Shown one piece after another: positions 1 to 14,950 of a stretch of DNA of 64,000 nucleotides. Within the stretch, counting starts at the first letter, position 1; each line of letters starts with the position of its first letter. The notes under the pieces are model-generated. The model ran no database searches, was not told the origin of the DNA, and saw nothing but the letters and a program-made list of their open reading frames with translations. This DNA comes from Octopus sinensis (Eukaryota). The position numbers and the translations under genes were made by a program. The stretch is taken from assembly GCF_006345805.1 (NCBI RefSeq), contig NC_043012.1, positions 50,406,001 to 50,470,000 of the forward strand. Reading direction: 5' to 3'.

Positions 1-66
1 GTCTATGTATGCATACATATATATATGTATATCTATATATATATCTATATCTATATATATATGTAT

Positions 67-121
<55 letters not shown>

Positions 122-130
122 ATATATATA

Positions 131-172
<42 letters not shown>

Positions 173-260
173 TATATATTATATATATAGATAGATAGAT
201 ATAGATATATATAGATATATATGTTTCACACAGACATATATGTGTATATATACATGTGTG
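1..260. repeat. (TA)n-dominated compound microsatellite
   Basis: Directly visible; representative of dozens of similar TA/CA/GA tracts across the window. Confidence 0.97.
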
Positions 261-317
261 TATGTGTTTGTTTTCTGTGTGTGTGTTGTAATGCGTGATT
301 CTGTGGCGACAAGATTG

Positions 318-510
318 CTTATTGACTACACAATCGTGTGTTTAGTGACTCTGCGTGGTAACTGGGTCTTGTTTCTTCTTCTATGGCCTCCGTCTGAACA
401 AAGTGTTGTGGGTTGATATGGTAGACAGTAACTCGAAGTATGTCACTGTGTCTGAGTCTGTCATCCAACATCGCTTGACAACCGTTGTAGTTGTGTCTAC
501 ATTGGCGAAA
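318..510 (+). mobile_element. Degraded SINE copy, same family as 55679-56090
   Basis: ctgcgtgg...cttcttctatggcctc...caaagtgttgtgggttgatatggtagacagtaactcgaag and caacatcgcttgacaaccg align by eye with the 55.7-56.1 kb copy. Confidence 0.7.
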
Positions 511-677
511 CATAGCCTTCGTCCCAAAGAGAACGATGCAATAGTTGATTTATGAAATAATAAATAGATTAGCTGAACTGAAATTACTCACGAGAGTACC
601 CCAGATTAGCCTCTGCATAATGACTAATACAAATAAAAGACAAAAGGCAATGTGTACACACACACACACACACACTC

Positions 678-708
<31 letters not shown>

Positions 709-726
709 TATATACTTTTTTTCTCT

Positions 727-1024
727 TTTCCGACCAGGCTGTCAGATGTTGCTACACATCACTGGTCACAATGCGCTTTTCATTGTTTTAGCCTTCAAAT
801 GACGCCACCCCGCTTGCTAAGCGAGCAGGCCAACAGAAGAAAGAGTGAGAGAAAGTTGTGGCGAAAGAGTACAGTAGGGATCGTCACCACCCCCTGCCGG
901 AGCCTCGTGGAGCTTTAGGTGTTCTTCGCTCAATAAACACTCACAACGCCCGGTCTGGGAATCGAAACCGCGATTCTACGACCGCAAGTCCGCTGTCCTA
1001 ACCACTGAACCATTGCGCCTCCAC
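727..1024 (-). mobile_element. tRNA-derived SINE
   Basis: Minus strand starts gtggaggcgcaatggttcagtggttagg; Pol III A box TGGTTCAGTGG (1002-1012) and B box GGTTTCGATTCC (958-969), followed by ~230 bp non-tRNA body and T/A-rich end. Confidence 0.85.
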
Positions 1025-2215
1025 ACACACACACACACACACATATATATGTATATAAATATACAGAGAGAGAGAGAGAGAGAGAGAGAAATAAAATATA
1101 AGAAAATACACATTAAGTACAGGATATCACCGACGAATGAAAAGACGTAAACACACAGAGATAATTACAGGACAAAATATGAAAAATAATCAAATTCATC
1201 TTCAGTTGTCGACTGTTCGTTACTACCTGTTTCGTGCTTTCATATATATATATATATATATAGTGAGCGTTTACGAAATAAACAAAAGTCGAAGACAGGT
1301 GGTGTACAAAACAAACAGATGCATTAGTTCATATATATTTATAAATGGAGAACTCCGGTATATGGACGAGAAAAATCACGTTAATCCCATAAACCAGGCT
1401 TCCCCTCTACATCTTAGTGTGTGCTTCCCCGCATATATGTTTCCTACAAACGATCAGTATATATACGTACATACATACACGCACACACATAACCACGTAC
1501 ACATACACACACACAAATATACGCACACACACACACACACGCACACACTTATATATATACACACAATATATATAACCTATGCGTGTTTGCGCATGTAAGT
1601 CTGCGTGCAATGTAGTTAACTATTCTATGTTTAAGATGAATGTTTCTAGAGCATATACGAATATGTACAGTTGTGAATGCGTGCCTACGCGTGCATACCT
1701 AGACGTGTACGTTCTTGTTTCTATATCTTTCTGTATATATTAGTAATTACGTAGATTTATTTATACGTTTATTGGCTAAAATCAAAATATGTATGTGTTT
1801 GCGCATATTTTATATTTTATATCACCACTCGTGAATTTTGTGAGAAAACTATTACCAAACTACATATAATTAAATCACGAGATGAGATTTTGGAAAATTA
1901 TTAAAATTATTGAATTGTACCGATAAAATAATTAGAGTGTAAAAATCCTAACTTACCTTACACATCCGCAAGTACACATTCATGCACACACATTTGTATA
2001 TGAATATAACATACATATTGGTGTATATATACATGTGAGTATGTGTGTGTGCATATGTGTGTTTGTGTGTGTGTATGTTTGTGTGTCAAAATATATACAT
2101 AGATATATGGCTATTTCCCTACTTATATGTATATATATACAGATATATATACACATCTGTATAATTTAGCAACCAAGAACACACACATATACATATATAT
2201 ATATATATTATATAT

Positions 2216-2273
<58 letters not shown>

Positions 2274-3345
2274 TATATATGAGTGTTTCTGTGCTGTATG
2301 TAAATTGTATGCATCATTTTCTTTCCTTTGGATATGAAGACTTTCATGCAGACGAGGAAAGGAAGGAATACAAATTTAATTTTCTAAAAGCTTCAATTTT
2401 ATTTCAAATATTTGAAGTCTAATTTCCTTAACATTCCGTTAATCATTCCAGAAATGAAACAGTATTGAGTGGTTTAGAGCCTACTCTGGTGTTACTATAT
2501 TGATTTCCTAATTTGGCCGATATATATACGTAGAAATAATGCATTTGATCTGTAGATTTTCGAATGATTGGACCATAGACAGAAAACCTTACATTTTCAT
2601 TGTAAAAATGTCTTTCACTTGTGTGATTAAAATTTCTGTGCTGCAGTTCACTTCTTCAAATCTATTTCTTTTTTTACGAATTTTCATGGATTCGGTATGA
2701 CTGTAAGACTGAAATTCCATCCATAATTCATCGAAATTTAAGTGAATGTTCCAGCTGTGGTTTGTCTGGGATACGTTGTTGTAGGGATACATGAAGTTAT
2801 TTTATTAGCTTATCAATTGAGAAATTTGTTCGTATATCTAAGAGCTGCTTTGATAGGATTTTAACCAAAATCACTGATTAACCAAAAGAAAAATTGTGTG
2901 ATTCTAACCTATATCCAAGACTCATCCATGGGAATTTCAACCTCAACAACAGGGTATTTTTGTTTCGATGTATGCACGTATGAATGTACATGTGTAGATT
3001 TGTATTGTTTGCTTCTTGCATGCATTCTCATGCACGTAGTTGCATATCTAGACATGTTCATATATACTTAAAGGATAACCATCTAGAAAGCTTTACAGAT
3101 ATTTATAGTTCCAGCGATGCAGTAGATCTGTAGTCTTCGAATTAGAATTCTCCTTGTTTTGAAAAGCCTAATTTCTCAACATGAATATTTAGGCAGTGTG
3201 TTACATATCCCAACGGTCCAGCAATTACAGGCCTAAGCCTCAGCTTGTAAGCTGGATATGGGAAAGTTTTCAACTTTCTACGTCAATTTCTAACTTCCTG
3301 CATCTAGATGCTTGGATCTTCCAAAGATATATCAATAGTATATAC

Positions 3346-3379
<34 letters not shown>

Positions 3380-4241
3380 CACACACACACACACACGCAC
3401 ACATACACACATACACTCACATCTATGTGCGTGTGTTTGTGTCTGGGTCGATAATAGATAGCTAGATTGATATACAGATTGATACTATGCATATCCGCGT
3501 GCATGTGCACACATTTGCACATACACATTCATGCACACATTTGCATAATTATAGCATTATAAGTATGCTATTTCTCTCTCTCAGGGATATGCAAAAATAT
3601 ACTTTATATGTTTTAACGCGTATTTCTGTTTGTAGGAATATGCGCGCCCGCCAGAGCCCGTCGAATGTGATAGAAAATCAGGGACAAATGTAAGACACGT
3701 ATTTTTAATTCTAGAAAATATAAATTTTAAAGTTTTGCTCAGAAAATATCAAACAGGTTAAGTTAAATCTGTATTATCATAACTAAAGCACTGCCGATTG
3801 AGCTGAAAAACGTAAATAAATCAAAATAAAACAAAATAATGTAGGAATCATTTATTTATTTCTGTGTTATGCAGTTTTATTTTTCAGTATTGTTATCACT
3901 AAAAGAAATGTAATCATAATTCATTCATGGGAAAATTCGAAACTAAAATTCAAGAAAATTGACGTTATCTTATGAAATATACCGTTCACTGTTCTATCAT
4001 CATTTTGTCGCAGCTCTGTGTATATTTATCATATATTTAAAGCGAATAAACAAAAGCAAAACAAGTATATTGAAATGCGTCATTGGTTGAAACTTCCCAG
4101 TAAATCTTCCAAATTTCCTCGGAGACAATTTAGTTCTGTTTTTGTTTGGATTTATTATTTCACCCGCAACATACGAAAATCTTTGTTTATACACACACTT
4201 AAACACATAAACACACGCACATATAATCAAACACCTATACA

Positions 4242-4292
<51 letters not shown>

Positions 4293-4342
4293 TATATATA
4301 TATATACATATATATCTATATATATATATATATATATTTATG

Positions 4343-4378
<36 letters not shown>

Positions 4379-4482
4379 ATATATTTATGTACACAATATA
4401 TATACATATGTGTGTGTGTATACATAATATGCACACACACATATATATATATATATATACATATATATAACCATACATATTA

Positions 4483-4518
<36 letters not shown>

Positions 4519-6635
4519 TATGTGTGTGTGTGTGTGTTTATGTATATATGTGCAAACAATTATATTAATACTTACATTCGTGTATGTGTGCGTGTGGGTG
4601 GCTACATTTCCAGTATTTCAGAAATTAATCACGAATTTAAACCTATGAAAAATAGTATTAAAACTATGAAGTAAAAAATTGTATTTATTTTGAGGCTTCG
4701 GCGTATCTATACAAATACTCACGCATCCAAACACAAATCACAAATAAGCGAATTCACCAACACACACACACATATACTTCACAGGACCACTAAGTACTCT
4801 ATTAAAGAGGGTAAGCGTGTTAAATCTCCCATACAAATTGCTAGACAGATTTTTTCTTATTTGCTTTCGTTTTGTCTTTGAATGCTCTTTTCTCTATAAA
4901 GAAACTGAGAAAGAATTGTTATAAAGCAACAATGACAAAATATATATCCTGATAGACAAGGGTAAGTAAACCCAAACTTCACTTGACAGTATGCACGAAC
5001 AAAATAATGAGCCTTGAATAAAAGGTTACTAGAATTTCTATTCACCTTCTTTACAATCGCCAAAATATATACCATCTTCAAATTTTGAACGTCGATGATA
5101 CTTTTTTTGTTGTGTGGTCGGTCATTTCAAAATAGAAAATTCATTTGTTCACGTTCAACGTTAGCTTTTGTTTAGAACAGGGAAAATATATTAGAAAATA
5201 AGGTATCCGATTCGCTCAAACTCAACAGAATAATATATAGAAAAGTTTGACACTGTTGGAATGCATTTGATCGCAGGTTCTAGTTAGGAATGAGACGGGT
5301 CGAATCGGTAACATTTTCAGTTGTACATCCGTAAAACCTGCTATTTCGCTGACCGGTAAATTCCACCGCGGTAATTTCTCCCAAGGATGGTATATTTCAA
5401 CATGGTAAATTTCACCATAGGTGAAATTATCATTATTATTGTTATTATTATCATTATTACCATTATCAAATCATTATTTAGAAGAGTTCCACAATGCTGT
5501 GCGCTCATCATTAACATCCACACATCCAAATTTGTCCTTAATTCTGAAGAAGATATAAGCCAGGCAAAACTTGCAACCCGTTCTTCGTAGAGATTCAACA
5601 ACAACAACAACCAAAAAATAACAATGTGTTGCTGCACGACTGAAGAAGCTAATTTAAGAATATCAGAATGAAAACCCTTTGCAATTTTTAAGAAATATTG
5701 CACACAATTTATCTTAAGAAATGTTTTTTTTTTTAAATCAATTAACTCTTCTTATTCTAACTCTACTTCACAATGTACTTGATGTTAATTTCTATCCTAT
5801 TGTTATAATAAAATATGTGCTAAAATTTAATCGTTTCTTCAAAATTGTATTATTTTTCAAATTTTGTGATGAGTCTTTTTCATAGATTCTTGCTCGATGG
5901 GAGTACATTAAAGTGACCCCATCTCAATTCAAGTAGATTATAAAGATTATTTTCTATCTCACCTTCAGACTCTCTCTCGCTTCTTAAGACTTGAGAGATA
6001 GACAGATTAAATAACTTAGGTATTGAACCACGGTCTAGAAAAACTGACTACGTTGATAAGTAGCGGATGGAATTAACCACGGTAAATATACCGTCGTGGA
6101 ATTCACCTAAGGTGAAATTTTTCTGGTGGTACTTTCCGTAGTGGAATTTATCTGTTTATCACTGAATGGGTCAATGACATCTTTTATTGGTCATCTTTCA
6201 ACAAGGAGGCAATCATCTGAACACCACGGCCGAATCTCCAACACACGCACACACACGCACACACATGCACACACACGCACACACACGCACACACACACAC
6301 ACACACACACATATACTCACACGCACATACACACACACACACACGCCCGAACGTATGCACAATATGGACTCACTTCATTTACACAATGCATCTATCCAGC
6401 TACAAAGAACTGATTTACTTAGTCAGACAGAACAGAATCGTAAGAAAGGAAACGTCATACACGGCTGCTGCTACATTTTCCCCATACCCAACTTATTCTT
6501 GAAGAGTTTCTTAGTAACCATAGCATGGACCATCAAAGTTGATTCTGCGAAGGATAAGCATTTAGTGCACTTTTTATTGTTATTAGAGAGATTTGTTATC
6601 CATACACATATTCATACACATATATACACACACAG

Positions 6636-6681
<46 letters not shown>

Positions 6682-7981
6682 ATTGGGTGTGTGTGGTTGT
6701 GTGTGTGTTGTGTGTGTTTGTGTGTGTGTGTGTGTGTGTTTGCGTATATATGTATGTATTATGTGTGTATATATATAAAACAGTAAGAATGTGTGTTCAA
6801 CGTTGCATTGGTAGATAGATATTATCTATTTGTGGGTCAACAGTGATTCCAATGTTTTCATGCCAGAATTTTCAACAATTATAAAAGCTTCCACATTAGA
6901 AGAATAGTATTTATTGACACCATGGATGGGAATGTGTATGATTGTCTTTATGAGGTACAGGCTTGATAATTGTAGAGAATTCTAGGCATGAAACCAATGG
7001 TAGCCATGTTAGCAATCAAATGAAGTAAATCTTATGTATATATATATATATATATACTCACACCCATACATACACCCACACAATTATATATATATATCAA
7101 AGGTTGAACAGAAAGAACACTACAAGAGGAAAATGTTAGACGAAATCAATGCAAACGGGAAACTGGACGAAAAGATAACGGACACGATGCACGGAATATT
7201 CGGACAGCTGAGTTTTCCTCGTCAGTCACTGACCCAAAATATCATAGTTGTTAGCGCCAATACCATTGAGACCACTCAATTTTGGGGTCACCGGTGCTGT
7301 TATTAAGATAATAAATGTATACTGAAACTGAAACAAATATGAGTTTATATAAATACAACATACAAACAAGTATGCATATATAAGAGCACAAGACCTTACG
7401 GCTACTTACAGTAGAAGAAAAAAGTATATCATGCATAAACCACAACTACTACTGAAAGTGCTTTGCAGCTATGGTACGAACTTCGTGGGGTTGGACAAAG
7501 ATGAAATGGAGTAAGTTCTAGAGGATGTAAAATGATCTCAGACCAGCATGACCGCTCTAGCCAAGCCAGAGTATGTGTATGGGTATGATTATTTTATTTT
7601 ATTTTATTATTTATTTTAATTTTATCTTTATTTTTTGTATATTTGTCCATTAGGCTTTTTGATAGTTTTGAATTTTTAGTCGTTATATTTAACTTTTGAT
7701 AAGCCGTTCTATTTGTATTTTATTAGAATATATATATATATATATATTAACAATTTGTGATTTAATGTATATGTATCATTTTTTATGTGTTTGTAGACCA
7801 TGGTGTTTTTTTATGTGTCATTAAATGTTTTAGGCGTGGTGTTGTATGTAAAGTCGTTGACCTGAATTTAATGTTTGTTCTATAATAAGAGATAAATACT
7901 GTTTCTTGTTGTAATTATATTATATATATATGTGTGTGTATGTGTGTATGTACATATATATATGTGTATTATATGTATGTA

Positions 7982-8013
<32 letters not shown>

Positions 8014-8554
8014 TATTATGTATGCGTATATATGTATATATGCATGTATATGTATGTATTATACATAATGCACATATAATATATATATATATATATATAA
8101 TATAATAATAGAAGATCGTGTGAATCTCTTTGACACACACCTCACCATGCCATTGGTATGAACCAGATGTCAAATCCTTTCCCATGATGCATGTAAAATA
8201 TCAGCCCCAACAGTATCACGTGAGGTAGGTCTCTTATGAAATTGTTTTATCGATGCCATGAACTAAAATATCAAAATGGCTGCAATACAGAATCGCTACA
8301 CGGTGGAATATAGGAGAGTCTACTGAACGTACCTGGGTTTCGGTTAACCATGATACAGGTGGATCATTTATCTATGATTTTATTGAATAAAATAAAATAA
8401 AATTCCGAATAAAAGTGGTGTATGTTCTATGCTGGAACGTCTTGAAACCCTTCTGAAATGAAATATGCCTTTTATTCCATCGATGCACATTAAAGAAACA
8501 CCCAGTCACGTCGGTCTTATTGGTCGTTTTCCTCCAGATTAAACTGCAGACATA

Positions 8555-8617
<63 letters not shown>

Positions 8618-8661
8618 GGTACTACTGGTACTACTACTACTACTACTACTGGTACTACTGG

Positions 8662-8703
<42 letters not shown>

Positions 8704-8730
8704 GAATAATAATAATAATAATAATAATAA
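8555..8730. repeat. (ACT)n switching to (AAT)n compound microsatellite with ACTGGT variants
   Basis: Directly visible; explains poly-V/L ORF 8539-8769. Confidence 0.97.
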
Positions 8731-9747
8731 ATGGAATATTTTGATAATATTCATCATATTAAAAGACATGCATTAATAAAATGTCTTGGGGTTTTGCAAT
8801 GAGGGCAACGTGTAGAGCACCCAACACCGGTCTTCATGTCAATTTTTTTCCAATTGTAATAATTTCATTTTGGATCTTTAAATCTAATACTAAACCGATA
8901 ATCGGTGAAAGTTCAGCATTTGCTGCTAAACATCTTAATATATATATATTTTTTTTCATTTAAATCAAAAATATTCTGGGACTTTTTGAGCCTCCTTGTC
9001 TGCAATGCTTAGACTGAAGTCATTAAAACATGTGTTATGAGTCACACTCCTTTATTTATTTATTTAGATAGCTGGCCCCGTTCCGTCAAAAATGATAGCT
9101 AATTGTATTTTATATATAAATATGGTACAAAACCAAGTTTTTAGCTAAATAATTCTGTCATCAAATATTTTGTGAAAAACCTATCTGCAAAGTACCATCC
9201 GTTGACTTCTTGTTTCATTCAAAATAATTTTAAACTTTTCTTTCCTTCTTGTACGACTTCAGGCCACATAAAGCTGGCTGTGACTAAATACGGAAGCTGG
9301 CAAGTAAATATCAACTTTTTCGATGCGACGTTTCCTTTAGAACGTGCTCTCCATTACTGAAACCAACTCATTCGACTTAAAAAGACAAAAAGCTGTCCGT
9401 GACCTATAGTTGATATTATAAAAAATCCCTATCAAAAATTATAACATAAATTTCTTAATATAAATAAATTAAGCACATGTACGAACTGTTAAATGTGTAT
9501 TTATAATATATTTTTCAACTGCAGTTGTTTTGCATTCTTGATTCACTCAAGCAATAATTATTTTCTGTAATGAGTTTGTATATGTATACGATTGTACAGG
9601 TGTACGTGTGTGTAGGCTTGTGTGTAATTGCAATAATTATTTGTAACACCACATATACAATATGGATGGTAATTCAAATTAATACACTTGTCAATGTTAT
9701 CTAGTGGTTGTCTTTTGAGATGTAACATCGATCATCGTTTGTTACTT

Positions 9748-9925
9748 AACGCAAAATGCTTAGCGGAATTTCTTCCGTTTTTACGTTTGATTTTAAATTT
9801 TGCCACGGCCGATTTTGTCTTTCGTCATTTCAGAGTCGATAAAAAAAAGAAGTGCTAGTTGAATGCTTCGGTCGAAGTAAATGACTTAACCTGTCCTCCG
9901 AAATTGCTGAGCCAAAATTTAAACC
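9748..9925 (+). mobile_element. SINE (gttagcacgcc/aaatgcttagcgg family), diverged 5'-truncated copy
   Basis: aaaatgcttagcgg...tttgtctttcgtcatttcagagtcgataaaaa matches copies at 32.0, 43.7, 62.6 and 62.8 kb. Confidence 0.7.
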
Positions 9926-11361
9926 CGACATTGTTCTTTCTGGTGCGTTTAACAAACAGTAATTGCTGTAAATGTCATTCATATACGATATAATTTGCTC
10001 CGTATAATCTTAACGCTCTTATAACGATAGTTATAAGGCACCTGCACGCTCTAACACGAAAGCAATTATATCTAAAATGAAGTAAGATAAAACGGACCAA
10101 CAATATAATCGGTGGAGATTCGACACCTGGATCTTAGTTTACCGACACAAATTCTTTCTTTCCTCGAATCGTTTTTAAGTATTTCTATTCTACATTTGTA
10201 TGTTGATTCTTGAATGCACATCGAGCCCATGTCATCATAAAAAGTCTACGTAGAATAATTATTCTATTAAACTGGATATAGTTTAAAATGTTTAACTCAT
10301 TGTAATGTGTAATACGACCATGTCCAACCTATACATCACCTAGTTATCCAGTCGTTGTTTAGACTGAATTGAGTATTACAAAAGTATGATTCGTTATGTT
10401 AAGCTAACCTCTGTCAAGATGAAGATAGGAATTAGTACTCTATTGAACACTGCAATAGGGACTCTGGCTCTAGCAATAATATGATATATGTGAATAAACT
10501 AATAGTACATTCCATATATGAACCTAAATATTGAACTTCAAAATTTGTCAAGGTGAGTGTTGAAATTAGAAAACGGATAAAGTGAAATTGAAATTGTTCA
10601 ACGAATCGTCAGCTTCAATAATGTCTATACAATTTACCCCAATAAATGTTTATCTATATATGTATGTATGTCTGATTGTGAGCATATATATATATATATA
10701 TAGGTGTGTGTCTCTGTGGGTGTACATAGATATATATAGATGTAGATATGTTTGTATGAATGCACCTATGGATGAAGGCATGCATATATACATATATATA
10801 TATATATATAATATATATATTATATAATATATAATATATATATATATATATATATCTATGAGTAGGTTAGTGTGAGTAAATCAATATGTGGTACTGTGTG
10901 ATTATGTGTTATGCGTGCGTCTGGGATTATAAGTGTCTGACTTTCTGAGTACAACACTATCTGTATTTTTCACATCTTCATATCTTATTTACACTTCAGT
11001 CGTATTTACAGTTTAACATATAACATAATGTATCGACTTTTATTAGATGGCATTATTTTATAATCGTTTATCAAGCTAACACACAGAAGTGTGCAGACAT
11101 GCGTGATATACGAACTGTATTGTTTATAAAACCAAATGATTCAATTTTATTTCTGTTCACCAAAATCAATGAACTATATTACGATTTTATTTGTCATTCT
11201 ATATACATAAAATTCAGACCTATATACGTTTACATGTGCAAGAATATATATATATATATATAAGTATGTATGTATGTGTGTATGTATGTCTGTGTCTGTG
11301 TTTACATATAATATTACACATACATATATATATATATATATAGATATGTGTATATATATAT

Positions 11362-11392
<31 letters not shown>

Positions 11393-11682
11393 GTATGTTT
11401 AGGCATATGTGTGTGTATGTATATGTTTAACATATATGATATATGTGAGTGTGTATGCGTGACATTCTAATGGTTTGAAGAATATGAGTGCGTGCGTGTA
11501 ATGGTTTGAAAAATATATCAAAATTGCTTTAATGTCTCGGAAAATATGTCATTTGTAGGAATAAGTTTCTGTATATACCACAACTAACAAGTACCGTAAA
11601 TCGATAAACAAATAGCGAGAAACTGGACATCTGACACATATATACACGCGCACACACAAAAATACACACATACTTATATACA

Positions 11683-11730
<48 letters not shown>

Positions 11731-11781
11731 ATATATGTATATATATATAGGCATATATATGTGTATATACATATATATATG

Positions 11782-11830
<49 letters not shown>

Positions 11831-11919
11831 CATATATATATAGAGACACACACATGTATATTACATATATATACATTATAATATACATATACACACGTTC
11901 ACACACATGTATGTGCATG

Positions 11920-11950
<31 letters not shown>

Positions 11951-12189
11951 ACGTAGTATATTGAGAAAGATATATCGATAAATATAAAGATAGAAATAAA
12001 AAATTGTATAAGAATGTATAAGAATAGATATATGGACATAAGCATGTGTGTATATATATATATATGAGACTGGGCGTACGGGTGCATGTGTTTGTGTGCT
12101 AGAGTGTGCATAACTATGGGTTCGTGGATCGAGAGAAACTAACACACTAACCCGCAAACTGGCCACTATAATTTTTGTCACTTCTTGTC

Positions 12190-12273
<84 letters not shown>

Positions 12274-12397
12274 CATGTAGGTATGTATATATATATGTAT
12301 GAATATGTGTGTCTATATGTTTATATATCTATGTATATATATGTGTGTGTGTGTGTGTGCATATATATGTGTATATATACGTATATTAATAGTAATA

Positions 12398-12660
12398 GTA
12401 TGGCAACAAAAAATGAATGAGACATCCATATTATATAAATAGAGGCATTTATCTGTAATATGAAGTGCGGCAAATATTCGGTTGTCATATTAAAACTCCG
12501 CGTTTCGGATATCTGGGCGGAAATCTGCTGCGACATCACGTCAAAACTGACGAAATGGCGGAGCAGATTTCCCACTCGAATAAATGGTACATAATATATT
12601 ACAGATAAATGCCTCTATTTATACAATATGAGCCCTTATTCATTTTTGTTGCTGTCATAC
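12398..12660. mobile_element. Fold-back MITE-like element
   Basis: Left end gtatggcaacaaaaaatgaatgagacatccatattatataaatagaggcatttatctgtaatat is the imperfect reverse complement of the right end (atattacagataaatgcctctatttatacaatatgagcccttattcatttttgttgctgtcatac). Confidence 0.8.
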
Positions 12661-12712
12661 TATATATATAAATATATGTCTGTATGCATGTTTACATAAA
12701 TATTTAATATAT

Positions 12713-12763
<51 letters not shown>

Positions 12764-12768
12764 AATAA

Positions 12769-12801
<33 letters not shown>

Positions 12802-12803
12802 AT

Positions 12804-12881
<78 letters not shown>

Positions 12882-13440
12882 ATATTTGTAAAAAATGAAG
12901 TTCGAAATGCTGCTGTATTATACAATTTTTATTTTTATATATACATTATAACATGTTCGGTTCCTGAAATGAACCTTATCAAAAAAAGTTATATATAAAA
13001 AAGACAGCTCATGCCGTCAAACACAAGAAATTCATTTATAATACACAACGGAGTCAGACATCTTAGAGTTCATGTATAGTTGATATATAGTCATGTATAG
13101 TTGATATATAGTTGGAAGTATAGTTCAAAGTGTTCATGCAGTGGCCCACGGTGGCGATACGTATTCAATACAAAAAACAGATCAAAGTGGTGGAAGGCGG
13201 TCGATACAGAAGATTGATGTTTCCGAAAGAGCGAGGAATTCATTTTTACCTTAAGCAATTGTGATGACCCATGGTGGAAGTTCGCTGGGTGGTTCTAGTG
13301 AGTTTTGTGAAATGGTCGGTTTTATAATGCCTGTTAGGTGGTCAATCTAGCGTAGCGTGACGTCATGAATGTTTTGGACCAATCGTTTCGTAGGTGGCTT
13401 TAATCAAGTAGAACGGGACGTCATCATTATTTTGACCAAA

Positions 13441-13479
<39 letters not shown>

Positions 13480-14568
13480 TGGGCATATATATATTCGTAT
13501 ATATATATTATATAAATATATATATATATATATTATATATAATATATATAATATATATATATATATGCATACAACATTCATTCATAAATATATACATTCT
13601 TAAAAGTTACCTTCACATAGACATGTATATATAGAAATTGGGCCAAATTGTGAGAGAGGGACAGACAAAAATAAAGGTTTATACATAACTGGATCGGCTA
13701 TATATATGTATATATGTACGTATTTATGTATATATATATGTATGTATGTATTATATAACTATATTGCAATAGTTATTATTGTAAGGCATACTAACAAAAT
13801 CACTTTTCAGCTTTTTTTCAAAAATTATACCGTTATACGATAACATGGAAATCTGAAAGTTTTACTGTATTTTGTCTTATAATATTCAAGAGATAATTTT
13901 TTACATAACGTATATAGAATAAACTGTGCATTTCTCAAATAGCGAATAAACACATGAAACGACTGTTATTTCTAGCAATTTTTGTATATGTCAATCCCAT
14001 CCTATCCAACCACAGATGATGGAAGAGTTTTCGAACTCGCTGTTTTCTGATTGGCTAAAAATCCTGAAAATTTTCGGAATTTGAACACATGTAAATTTTT
14101 CCAAAGATTCTGTGATATATATATAACAAATTCGGTTTCTGCGTTAAAAATTACTTCTATATTATCTACTAAAATTTTTTTCTAAACAGTTGTAAACAGT
14201 GATGAAAACCCAAAAGAGCCCTCCTCTGTTTTACCTTGAAACAAAAGTAAATATATAAACTTTTGGGGGAAATTAATGAACAAAACCAGCTTTTCCTTTT
14301 GGAATTTTTGAGGGTTCAACCCAGAGAATAGTTTTAACGAGGTTTTATTCATAAGATGATTTCGTTACTTGTTAATTTCATTCATTGTTTTCAATATTCT
14401 GTCTCCCTGTCCCCAAATTCGGTCTTTCTTACACACAAAGGTACTCCAGGTGTGACCAGCAGGAAACAGCCCGCAGGGTGGTCTTTCTACTGGCATACAT
14501 ACATACGCACACACACACACACACACACAGATACATATATATGTATGTATATATGTATATATATATTA

Positions 14569-14643
<75 letters not shown>

Positions 14644-14662
14644 TGTATGTGTGTGTGTGTGT

Positions 14663-14900
14663 GTGACAATTATTCGGTAGCCAAGATAAAACTCTAAGTT
14701 TCGGATGCCGAGGTGGAAATCGATCGATGGCCGGATAACTGAGGAGATGGTGGTGTGGATTTCCACCTCGGCATCCGAAACTCGGAGTGCTATCTTGGCT
14801 ACCGAATAGTTGTCACATATTATATTTACAGATAAATTCCTCTATTTACATAATATTGACGTCTCTTTCTCTCTTATGTTATCTTACCATTTTTACCAAG
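14663..14900. mobile_element. Second copy of the fold-back MITE family, left outer arm missing
   Basis: 59-bp arms 14663-14721 / 14758-14816 nearly perfectly complementary; followed by atatttacagataaattcctctatttacataatattga, matching the outer arm of 12398-12660. Confidence 0.75.

Positions 14901-14950
<50 letters not shown>

Noticed and set aside
955-1024. tRNA gene at the A/B-box-containing segment
   Set aside because: No complete cloverleaf; continues into a SINE body. The same applies to 54864-54930.
13850-14480. Segment recalled as an interspersed repeat
   Set aside because: Single copy here with no diagnostic termini, so it cannot be supported from this window.
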